Source of the DNA: Phallusia mammillata
Taxonomy: Eukaryota
Direction: 5' to 3'
Length of the DNA: 64,000 bases
Assembly (NCBI GenBank): GCA_965637545.1
Contig: OZ281501.1
Location: 7,502,001-7,566,000 of the forward strand
In this document: in pieces, positions 15,066 through 27,500 of the stretch
How positions within the stretch are numbered: position 1 is the first letter of the stretch
Layout of the letters: each line of letters starts with the position of its first letter
Made by a program: the position numbers and the translations under genes
The notes under the pieces: generated by a model
Told to the model about the DNA's origin: nothing
The model's database searches: none
Seen by the model: only the letters and a program-made list of their open reading frames with translations

Positions 15066-16145
15066 TGTAAACTTATTTACACTAGTTCAATGGCACTCAT
15101 GTTCCTGCTTCTGTTACTTTTAATATCCTTTGTGTCTAAACCATAGTTGTTGTTTTTTAATAATAAATAAAATCAATTTGATTAACATTTTTAAAATACA
15201 AGATTGCATGTGGCTTCATTTCTGTGGATTATGCTGGCATAACTTTGTAGTTTCAACACGAAAAGAGAAACCAAAGCACATACCACTATGATAAGCCCAA
15301 AGTTTTGATACAATCTACCACACATTGCTGGTGGCCATAGTGTAATTATGGACCATCAATTAAATGATGACAGTAGGGCGAAGTTTGCGTTGTTGCCAAA
15401 GATTATTTCTTATAATGCTAATATTAGATAAAACTCCAGACATCGTTTACCACTTGTGCAAGAAAAGTTGCAGTCTTGTTTGTATATTTCACTTCTTATC
15501 TTCCATTTCGTATCTCTTGTTTATAAAGGACGGCGAAAATATAAAACTCTGCCAACCCACGAATAGCTTCTAGCGCTAAGGCATCAACAATTCACTAAAA
15601 TGCTTGAATGGGGAGCATATATGTCAAATAAAGTTCATTCTATTTGAATAAGATACTGATAAAACCTAACAGCATTGTTTTTTATGATTCATTTGTACAG
15701 TTTAATCGAATACATACCAAATACCACGTAACTTTGTGTAAAGTAAACGTAAACAAAAGCTACATTCAAGAAAGTCCTCTAACAGTTATGATTTTTGACA
15801 AAATCTTTATGGGTGCGTATGTCGTGTTTTAATATTTATGCTTTTTAAAAATATGTGTAACGAATTATGTTTTTGTTGGAGCACTATGACAGAAAAGGAG
15901 AGTGAAACACTTCGTATAGCTAAAATTTAATCAAACTATGACTAAAAAATAATCCAATCATATCCAAAAAAAAAAATTTTTTAAATTAACGTGAAAAATC
16001 GGCTTCCAAAATCGTTATGTATTAATCTGCACTTAAATCTTTGTAATGTTTAACCAAGCAAATTCCCGTTGGGAGGAGTTAATTAAAGTGCGCAAACGGT
16101 GCGAAAATTCTCGAAAACAAGTGTTTGCTTGACACAAATTTCTAG

Positions 16146-16214
16146 AACTCGCGTGTCACTTCTCAGAAAAATCGACCGCACTGTCCACAAAGCGCTGGAA
16201 CGAATTTGCAAATC
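16146..16214 (+). CDS. Candidate 69-nt PDE9 upstream exon
   Basis: aatttctag acceptor and TC/GTGAGA donor, phase 2-2. Reads TRVSLLRKIDRTVHKALERICKS and joins LSDDLANS in frame as a helical segment. No independent support. Confidence 0.25.
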
Positions 16215-18535
16215 GTGAGAATCATGTGTCAAGAGCCCACAAACAAATATTTCATCAAAACCAAGGTTTGCCAATAAAAGTTCAATTATTAGGTGAAAGA
16301 TTACAACTAATTCACGAACGCAAACTGTGTTAACCAAAGTCAGTAAACCATCAATAAATAGGCGCAAAAATTAGGTGAAGCAAACCGAAAAGTTAAAGAC
16401 CTGTAGCAGTGTTTCTCCACACCTTTTCTAGGAAGGGAAACACTGCCATCAATCAGACCTTTAAAGTCATCCGAAAGCGGGCGTAGTGTTGAACGCTTCA
16501 GCGCAAGACGGAAGGCAAAAACGGATGATAACGCACCGCAACTTCAACGCAAAGACGCTGTTTAAATTTCGAGATAAACGGATTAAGCAAACTGGTGGAA
16601 GTTTTAATCTCTGAGTCGTGATGGCTAGCGATTGTGGGTGCTATAATAGGTTGGGGGTGACCCAAAACGCTGTAAGATCTCTGTTTTCCAAAGGGAGATA
16701 ACACAAATGCCGGTAGCTGTTTGCTTGTGGGTCCAAAGTACATGGGTCACCAAATACGGTTAAAACATTTGAGATGACCAAGATGAGACGTCAGGTTTTG
16801 GAGCAATATGAGTTGACTAATAGCTGTTTAACAGTTAAGCATGATGGTCGAAATTGCAAGCCGATTTCTAGTTGTGATAAGCTGTTCGTGTTGTTGTGCT
16901 CTGGCTGCTATCGGTCTAGATGTTTGTTTGAGCAACATGAGCAGCACTAGCATTTCCAGGTAGCCTTTGCAGGATTATATTCGCCATCACATCACAGGTT
17001 ATTACCACATATACCTCAAGTATGGCTGGCAGTAAAGTATTTTTTAAGGTCACTAGAATAATGGTGGTGTTAAAAATAGTTTCAGCATCAGAATTATGGT
17101 GGTAATAATTAATGTTTCGCGTTTTCGATGAACGAGTGACCTGCACTCCATAATAAGCTGTTTTGGCAAATTTAGCAAAATAAGCAAATTAAAAAAAGTC
17201 CGAAATGACAAACACACTAGCTTTTCATAAAAATACGTAACGCAATATCAATATCCAAAAACGGCTGATATAGTCGCAAAAAATCGCAATAAAATCCGAC
17301 AATTACGGTCAAAAACAACGTCATTCCCCCCTTTGACGCATTTGAATAGAACAACAATGGAAGTCCCAGTCAATCCAGGACAAAACTTACGTGACGAATT
17401 CAAGTTCAAGTGCTCCATTGTTCTGGTTGTAAATTGGTGAAAGTCACAGAATGGTATGATAAGAACTTGTAAAGCAAATTGCACGCTGGCAACCTCAAGC
17501 CTTTGATGAAGTGCTACGCAATGTCTGTTAATGCCAAGACGCTTTCAGCCAAATTGCCATTGATTTTCGGCTTTAGGTAAATTGACACTGGAGTTACGTC
17601 ACTCAACGTGCAGGCCAACAAAAACATTACCACGAAAACCAATGCGACTGATTTGTTTAAATCGCAATAAAATCAAAACAAACTGTAGCATGTTCAGTTT
17701 ACAGCAGGTGTGCTACATACACATGTGACCCGTCATAATAATATCGGCAAATAAGGAATCCTGCATTTTCATTCACAGTGTTTGCTGCGAAATAATAAAC
17801 AGGTCCTGACCTTGAATAGATAGCAGTGCTTACTGCCGGCAATTACGGAGTTGGCAAGGAACGCGGTAAACACTCTTTTCCTGCTGGCAATGCGTTCGTG
17901 GAAATGTACCCAAATACGATGGAGTTGTCAAATAGTTAAGCCAGTAATGGTTGGAGGGCGGAAGCACACGGGGTCTGCGCAAAATTGCTGCAACCAACAC
18001 CCTGTTACGTAATGGTCTGTCCCAATAGCACCACGTGCTCAGGCCAATTTAATAGAAAGGGCAGCTATGGTGGAAAAAGCGACGAGTTCACTCCTTTTTT
18101 CCGAGCGAGAGTAAAAAAAGCGCGCCGGTGTATATATATCGGTTACGCGGTAACGGATAGCGACGACAGTCGATGTCTGGCGAGATTGGCGACAGGGACG
18201 GTTTAGTCCTCGGGATTTACCATCACACTGTCGTTGCCTGATGCTTTGGCATGGGATAAACTTGCAGTGACGCAAAACGGCGTTTGATCAAGGACCTCGC
18301 TGTCAGAAGTGCAAACACCTCACACAACTGCGGGGTGGCAAGGAGGTTATAAGGTTTAAGTCAGATTTAACTAAACCACGTCAGAGCCTTGCTATATATA
18401 TTATACGCTGAGTACTAACTTAGCCAGTTCAGTTGTAACAAGACAGCAGTACATGTAGTTCGCGCAGCAAAGAGAAGAGGGCAATATGCATTTTCAGACA
18501 TTTAGAAATTGACCAACTTTATCTATGTTTTGCAG

Positions 18536-21500
18536 ATTAAGTGACGATTTAGCGAATTCAAACAACAACTGCGAATTTGTCGAAACGCAAAACGCGGCAA
18601 ACCTCAGAGCAAAGCAGAAGTTGAGCTCGAAACAAAGCGAGAAAACTGTTCTAATCAACGGCACCAACGGCACAAGCACCGCCGATCAACATCAGGAAGA
18701 AGATTTCACAATGCCAGGACTTGAAGCTGTTTACTGCCCAAAAGCTACGATGCGAGATTTAGCAGAACCAATGTTCGATGTATGGAGACTTGACCGGGAC
18801 TCTATGGTTGATCATATCGAGTAAGTATTGCACAGTAATTGTATGCATTCACCTGCCACAAGTCAACAGTGTATTTAAACTTAGAGCGTAAAGTGATAAA
18901 TAATAAATGGTTCATCATAGCTTTACAAAATTACATCAGTTTTATGTTAACTTCGACGCAATGTAAACCCACCTAAGTGCCGTTTACCTTGTCGCAATCG
19001 TTACTTAAAGTTATGCAATGGACATTAGGCTAATGGACTTACAGCTGTTTCGGTTTACAACACATTCCAACTGCTTTCGGCAAGTTCAACTCAATTAGAA
19101 TCGAAAGGGCGTGGCTAAGTAAAGTCACGTTTAAATGTTGCTACAACAAACGGGAAACGTAGGCCACGCTGAGTTAAAAATCTATACGTTGTGGTGCAAA
19201 ACAGTGCGTGAAATAGTGCAGAATCACGACGGAGTTGTAAGTGAAAACAGATCAAGCGCGGCGGGACGAATAATCGTGATCGGTCGGTTGCCTTAGTTGC
19301 CCACGAGACTTAGATTATAAATATCCAGGCCAAAATATCATCGCTATACAAGCTGCTAAGGCGGTTTACCACTGATTCCGGGTTATGACAGTTTACATGC
19401 GAGTTGTACTAACACCTTAAAAGGCCATACTCACGCTCTTACTACTCAATGTACGAGCAAGCCAACAACACTACTTATTTGTTAACTCTTAAACACCTAT
19501 TAATATCTTTACACACGAACATGAAAAATTTGAGCATTAAATTTGTAAGAATTTTCATAAAGTTGCTAGCAAAAACCTTATCAACCCCGATTAATAATAC
19601 GAAATTTTGTGCAGGTACATGTACCACGATTTGGGTATTGTGCGGGCATGGCGAATTCCGCGGGCAACTCTGCGCATGTTTCTGCTCGGAGTGCGAGAGA
19701 GATACCAGGATAACCCTTACCACAATTTCAAGCATTGCTTCTGCGTGACGCAGGTAAGGCCTTTTCAAGGTCACACGTGGCTACAATCCGTTGTTTCAAG
19801 GCGAACAAATATTGTGTGCAATAACATTTGCTCCCCTACAAACATAAAACCGTCATGAAAAGACGTTTTCCGTTTACACTGACGATTAATCACCAACGTA
19901 ATAAATTTTAAAGTGGCGTGCAAATAGGCCTTGGGTGTTGTAAAAATATTTTGACTAATGGTGCTAATGTGTTTTGCAGATGGCCTACAGTATGGTATGT
20001 AAACTTCGATTGCGTGGTTCCGTTTCTGTGGACTACCTTGGGGCTCTCCTCACAGCGGCTGTTTGCCACGATGTGGATCACCCTGGACTGAACAACGCCT
20101 ACCACTCACACGCAAGAACACCCCTTGCTATCCTGTACAACTACAAAAGCATACTAGGTATGTTTATTAAAACATTAAAGGAACGTCGGTCGCCAAACTG
20201 TCAAACAATTCAAAACAACATCAAACAATTCAATGTTTCTAAGTGGTTGGGTGCAAACCCATTTAAAGGTTATGGGTCAAAATATATCGCGGTATCTCTA
20301 CAGTAAAAACCACTCAAGTAGATTTTTTTCGTGAACTCAAACCAAGTTTTCGTCGGTTCATTGGACAGGCGTAAAATTGTTAGGGGTGATACGCAGTCAT
20401 CGGGCCCACACACAAAGCAGTTTCGCAGTATTTTAACACACAGTTATTCTGCCTCTTTACAGAACAACACCACTTCGCAGTCACGTGTCGCATTCTGTCC
20501 AATAAGGAGCGCAACATCTTCCGCAATGTCAACAACCGTGACGAAGTGTTGACGAACGTCGGCGAACTGATCCTCGCCACCGATCTCGCGCGGCATAAGG
20601 ATGTTATGGAAACATATGCCAGAAATGTAGACGATGGATTTGACTTCAAAAACAAGTGAGTTTCCGAAGACACGCCCGTTTTCTAATCCTTAAAAGCTCG
20701 CACATCAACTTGACGTCGCGTTTGACCTATTGTGACGTAGTAATGGGCTGGCCGTGAAATTCTTTCGCATTTTACAATCTCGCGAAATCAGTTGGCACTA
20801 ACGCCATAAGCACCGTGATGTCATTGTTGACGATCTGCTGTGAACAAAATACGCAATGACGTGAAAGTGTTGCGATGTTAAACAGTTTTTGTGTGAAGCG
20901 AAAATACCTGTGGCATTTTTACGGAGGAAAACCTTGACTGACTCCTTTCATTTTACGTGAAGTCCCATTAAACGTTCTTAGCCAATAAAAAATAGTTGAA
21001 CAGGCAACTGCTTACCGCGTAATTACACATACAAACGCAGAACACCTCGAAAACAATTTGGATGAGGATTTTAATGCTTGTGTTTTTCTACAGTGGCCAC
21101 GTATTGAGCGTTCTGAAGATCATCATCAAATGCGCTGACGTTTCAAACGAGGTCCGACCGGAAACAGTCGCTGGGCCGTGGGTGGAACGACTATTTGCCG
21201 AGTATTCAGAACAAAGCGCCCGGGAAAAGAGGGAGCGATTGCCCGTTACACCATACATGGATCCTGACATTGTAAGTTTAAGCATTTTATTCGTATTTTA
21301 GACATGATTAAGGATCACACAAGCACGTTTCAGGCTAAATTAATCAAACGAACAATGGCTAAGGCGACCAAGGAAGAGATTAGATTAGTTCTAAGAAAAC
21401 CCTAAGTCAACCAGGGGCAACGCGACAGTGCCGCAACTTGTAAACCACTGCCGCTAATAAGACACTGGAATTCGTTCATCACAAATCTACGTCATTGGCG

Positions 21501-23729
21501 CTTGAGATAAGGCATTTAATACGCGATGACCCGTACGATATGATTGTTCAACCGCTTGAGGTAGCTTCCGAGAACAGCTGGACGGTTGACATTGCACTGC
21601 TGACAATGACAGGCAAAATAATCGTAAAATGTAAACCTGTGACGTCAGAGAGCGATAAATACGTCATCGAGGCGAGATTACGTAAATAAACGTCAGTGCC
21701 GCGGTTTGCAAGCGTTGCAGTCGCTTATATTGCGGTTATACTTAACCGCAAGCGCTTTAGGAAGTAAACAAACATACAATTTAATACAGTCGGCAGTGGT
21801 GATTTTGTTTTGGGAAGCCTACGTGTACATATGCATGAACTTAGGGTTTCGTAGACCAAGGCTCAGTGACGATGCACTGCCAGTGGCCTTTACTTATCAG
21901 AGCCTTGCATCTGTCTGTGGTGGAGCGATTCATCTCCTCACACAATCGAGCGTTTGTTTGCGATTTGCAACACGCGCTGGTCCGTGCAAGGGCACACACA
22001 ATCAAGGCAAAATATACAACCTTAAAGGCACAAGTTATAGCAATATTGCCTGAGCAATGAATCGCCTTTTCAATCTGGCCTTGTGATTAGTGACGCGTCG
22101 TAAGGTAATATCAGCGCGGTCTATGAGAGCCACGAAATTACACAACAAACACCAGCGTGCGGGTTCATTACACCACATTCCAGCTCCAGTACATTGCCAA
22201 AGTATGCAATAATCCATAAGCTAAACACTTACTCCAAGCACGCAGGATGCCCAAAGTAAATCTTCGCAAATAAATATAAATTCACCATGTTTTTTGTTGG
22301 CAATGGGCTATAGTTTGACCCTTTACCTAGTTAAGCTAGTCACTGCTTATCAATTCGTGAAAGGCGCAACGTATGAGCAAGATATCAGATAAACTATAAC
22401 TCATGTTTAATCAAGATGAAATTACGCCGTGTGGAATTGGGGTGTGCGCCACTGTGAAATGTTTGATGTTTTGGCGCCCTCACCTGTGTATCTCCACGCT
22501 CATCAACATAAGGCATTTCTACCACGGTTAGGAGATTCGCAGTTCAACACGTAAACAAGTAATCAAAAAATCCAATGTGTGTGTCTGTAAGAAATCGGAT
22601 AAAGGCACACGTCCGGATGCATTTAAACGCGCATTAAAGGCCCAAGCGACTTGACTTTCGCATTTGTTGACTTCGTGTGCGATCAACTGGGTTGTTTTGG
22701 TGCGGTGTCGATCACTTATTGCTGGAATTTAATTATTACCAGGACGCGGCCGTTTGGCACTGCGCGTTAAGCGACTAATAACAGGGCAACACGTGGTCCA
22801 TTACGGGAGTCAGAGTAGCTATTAAACGACAGGAGTCGCAAGAATCGGTGACAAACCGCGCTGGACACCTGCGCCATTGCTTCCGCCGCAAATGTCACGT
22901 TTACACTTAAGCAAAGCTCCAAAACACGCGGTAATCGAATAACTGGAGTGACAAGCCATGGTTTTGCGACAGGCAACCGGCCTTTTCACACCTACACGCT
23001 GCAATTAAGCGCGCACCTATACGCCGACTGCAAGGCACCGAGAAGCACTGACAAGTTTTCGAATAGTCGGTTTTACGGCTAATGTGTACACCAGGCGAGG
23101 CATGGGCATGCGGTCGACGCATGTTTGGCATTTATAAACTTGGCTGGCGAAAAGTTTGGTTAAGGCTAATCCGCGAAACGAGTGGTTGTGCATTAAGTGG
23201 GTGTGAATCGGAGGCAGGCGCGAAATGACTGTAACCCGCATTTAAACAAGGTCCCCGTTCCGCAACGTGCTTGTGTGAACCTTGACTATTATATGTTACA
23301 CGTCATGTACGTCATACACTGGCATGTAACCTCATACTTAAACCTCAGGCTGTGTCATAACCTGGGAGTGATTTGAAAACAACAAGAGTGAATTAAGTTC
23401 ACTGGTATTTAAATATGCGGGTATTTCATACCACACGTTTTATTCAAGTTATTACGATATCCATACAATAGTTGGCTTATCTTACAACATTTAAAGTAGT
23501 GAATGCGAAAATAGCTCTTCATGCGTACGACCAACATTCTAAACTTCATCTTATCATTCATCAGGTAAACGTTGCCGAGTCTCAGGAGAATTTCATCCGT
23601 GGTATTATGCTCCCAATGTACGACGAGCTCTGCAAACTCATCGTGGACGCCCGACTTTTCTACATCAACCCGCTCTACGAAGCTCTAACCCGATACGAAG
23701 TGCAGAGTATGAGAGAGCGAGGAATTTAG
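18536..23729 (+). CDS. PDE9: PDE9-like cGMP phosphodiesterase, catalytic and adjacent exons (5' end not resolved)
   Basis: GT-AG exons in consistent phase: 18536-18820, 19615-19753, 19980-20157, 20463-20655, 21094-21271, 23565-23729 (TAG). Class I PDE motifs: YHNFKHCFCVTQ, CHDVDHPG, ILATDLARH, IKCADVSNEVRP, invariant Gln in SQENF. FDVW..YMYHDLG and SNEVRP match recalled PDE9A. Confidence 0.93.
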
Positions 23730-24531
23730 ACTGCTTCTACACCTAAGATGCAGTGAAGCAGTTGCATGTACGCCAAGTGAACGCGTGCATAGAGAGACCG
23801 ACCTCTAATCCTGCTACACTTCATCAAGAAAAAAAAACACCTGTCGTTCTGTCGCTTCGCATTGACGAAGAATGGAGTGATTTTAGTGTTACAACTTCGA
23901 TTGGGCTGTCATGTCGTTTTGCGTTACTTTCTATGCAACACCCTATACTGTGTGCGGTGCTACTAATGGAGCTGAAGGCGACACCGTCAAAAAACAAACA
24001 CAATTTGATTAGCTACCTCCGTCCAATAATCTACACATGTCTGGATATAAATGAACCTAAAAGAAAATGCCGAAATCCTGGACATATGGATCGCAATCAC
24101 ACCATACAGTGTACTATGACTGAAGCCTTGTTCATCACGGCGGTCAATCACATTCCTGGTTAGCTGTCATTGGATTTACCGCAGTCGCCAAAGTGTCCCT
24201 TATCTAATCTCCAAGTCGATTCGTCGCCCGCTACGCGTTCATGCATCAACGTCATCCACGCAGATACTGGCGTCGCGAAAAAAAAACTCTGCGTGTCCAT
24301 TGAGCTCTTCCTTCATCCGCACACGACAATTGGCCCACTCGCCAAACTATATTTCTGAGCTGGTTTCCCTCAATTAATCGTTTTGCTTGCCACGCGAACG
24401 ATCATTCCTTAGCGTCCTTATTACCGTTAACCTGACCAAGGTTGCGGTGTCATTTCTTCCGTTTTTCTTAGTTATTTACACTCGTATTGAAAGCTGTATT
24501 CGCCCTTTTCACTGTCATCCCGTCGACTCTA

Positions 24532-24545
24532 GCGCCCCCTGTTGG
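24532..24545. promoter_or_regulatory. CTCF-like motif GCGCCCCCTGTTGG
   Basis: One mismatch to the CTCF core consensus, about 800 bp downstream of the PDE9 stop. Confidence 0.35.
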
Positions 24546-27500
24546 CGAGTGGAGACTATTTTTTGCGTTGTTTGTTATTTCTGCGTTAGTTTTTTGGTAC
24601 ACCGATGATTTTTCTGTTTGTTTACGTCAACGCCCATTGAATCGCATGAAATATAATATTTTTTGTACCTTATTCAAATTTGACTGCTTCAAAGAGGTGC
24701 AAGGCAAGGGTTAACAGAAACACAACAGAATATGCGACCAGTTTAGAATAAATTGGCAAAGGTAAAACAGCGAGAAAATTAGATGTGTTTTCAAGAATTT
24801 CAGTTGTGAAAGTTAACATACAGAAAATCACGTCTAGTGTATCACACAGTACTTACACGTTTCTTTAATCGCTTATACACAATATAATAACTGACCTTTC
24901 GCTATCAAAATGGGACCTGGTTGACAAAGATACACAACAGCGTGAAAAATTAAGCTAAATATGGTGTCTTAGCTTAAAACCATTTTAAACCAACAAAATG
25001 CGTCGGGTTAAAACAAACATTCACTGTCATTTCGGCACAAAAACGGAGGCAGTGACGGTGCGCAAAAAGCCGTCACGACTTTGCCTTAGCTCCAGTCAAC
25101 CCGTGGAGGGTTTATGCAACAAGATTCCGACTTTTCCGAGAAGGCAATCTGATGGCAGATAGGCGTAGGTATATGCGGCCTTCGAAAGCCAAGAGGTTGT
25201 GTGATCGAGCGATCAAGCCCATAACAAACAAGCGGGAAAGAATTCGCTGATAAGGAGAGGACACAAATACTATACAAGGAGCTCAGGTGATTCACGAGCA
25301 AATGGTGGTATGGCGTGATACGGAGCACGAAACACTTCTACACTACATCTTTTTTTAATTATGTGTTTGTATATGGGGTTACATCTACAGCAAGTGTTCT
25401 CTCCACATTTTAAGCAAAAGTTGGTTTGATAGTTTGCCATCCAAACAGATTTGTTTTCTATTCTATCTATAGCAAGTTACACTAATCAACAATCGAAACA
25501 CGTAAATATAAAGAAAACAAAATCTAACAAAAATTAGTCACGATTTTAGTAAGATGCCCACTTTAAACGATCCGTATTTAACTGCGATCTATAGAACCAA
25601 TGATGTCAAACAAAGTGGTAATGTTTATGTGTTTATATTTATTTTTGACATTATTTTATAGAAGAAAATAAGAACATAAACGTGGACCACATTGTTTACG
25701 TTAACGATTCATAACATGAAATAGTTTTTCCGAACATTTTGCGAAAATTGCAGACGAGGATGTATCTAATCCATTCTTTAAGGGCAGCAACTGTGTCAGA
25801 TACACAGCAACTGTGTCAGATAAAATGTATCACAGTGCGTTGGCAGGTCGAAAAGGATCAACAAATCATCATAAAACGTAAGAAACCATAGATAGTTCGT
25901 CATCTTGATTAAATCTCTTCGAGGAAATATTTCAAATTGCCGGTAAGCTAAGTGAAAAAAATGCGACAAAATTCTGCCAATGAAAAATGGCGAGGTTATG
26001 GCTACGCCTTCTTGTGGGGAGTGAATCTGCCTTTAGTGCTATTGATTATGATAAGGCCGATGATAGTAATCTAAGCCTAATCTTGTAAAGCGAAGCAACA
26101 ACTGCCGCAAAAACGCAGACAAGTAATTAAAGTGTGACGCCGTTTTTGGCAAGGTCACCTGGTTATTCAAGGTCAAAAATGTAAAAGTGTCAATTTCTTA
26201 GGTCTAATCCTTTGGCTTTTGAGGCTTTTGGGTCGTCGCAAGAATTCGTTTAAAGGCCGCGCAACCAACGAAAACCTAGTTAATTAAGTCAGCAGGAAGA
26301 GTTCGCATAAAGTAGTAACAGGCTCCGGAAAAGAGTGTTACAGGAACTCGTATACGTGGAAAGAGCTGATAAAGGTTACTGCACTCAGTAAGCCTGACAC
26401 AAGCACTTTTAACCTATCTAGAGATCTATATGGAGTCGACACAGAACACTGCCTTGTGCAGTAGAAGGATAATGGGGTCTCACCTATGGCCGACATCAAT
26501 GTAGGCCAAATTATAACCGCCACCTTTACAGCCCCATGAAATTTGCAAGGCTTAAAAACCCGCAAAATCCTGTAAGTAGGGTTAACGTCTTCAATGCCTC
26601 TGTGATCGATGCCAAAAGGAAGACAATTTGGGGAAAGTACAAAGATGCAACATCAGTGCAATCTTAAGGTGTTGTAGTGGGTAAAAGTAGCTTGAGGCAT
26701 TTCGTTTGACGGCTTTCTCGAACAGGAAAGCGTGATAACCTTCAATGCTAGGTGTGCACGACGCAAGTGCGTTTGACGTTATTTAACGCATATTACTGAC
26801 GCCAGTACCGCAACGCTTATTCTGCACGGCACACCGCGATGCCAAAATTGGCTCTCGAGCAGGGCATTAGCCTAAATTTAATTTTCACACAAGGCCACAT
26901 TTGTTCCACCTGCTAATGCGATAAAAACCGAGGACTATTACAGGCAAATTTGATAAGGCATGCATATACATTAGCACGGTGCGCGCCAAAGGTTAATGTT
27001 TATGTACACTTAACATAACGTTAGAAGCTTGGCAGGCATCTGGCATAAGAAATGATGGCTTTATTGAGGCCGTGAACCGGTCGAGTTCAACTCTGACGCA
27101 CGACAAACCGGTGTTTAACAGTCACAACCAGTGGTAACATTCACAAAAAGGTTACATTCACAAATTACGCCGGCGCGACTTGGAAAGAGTCCAGCGCTTT
27201 CTCCTATCGGCGATTTGTAACGGTGGACCGCTTGATGAGAGGAGAAACTGACGCCGGATCAGCTCTCGTGGGTCCCCGTTGTTATGACAACAAATTAAAC
27301 TCAAAATCGCGACATAAATTTAAAGCGCCCGGCAGCACGACTAATTACACGATAGCCCGGCAAAGCGCAGGAGGCAAACAAACAAACTAAGAAGCAAGTA
27401 TTCAGTCACTATATGGATGATCGTAGTGGGATAAGCGACGGTCAAATCGCCGCCCTCTGTCATGTCATAAGCAAATCCAGAAGTAATGCGCTTAGAGGTG

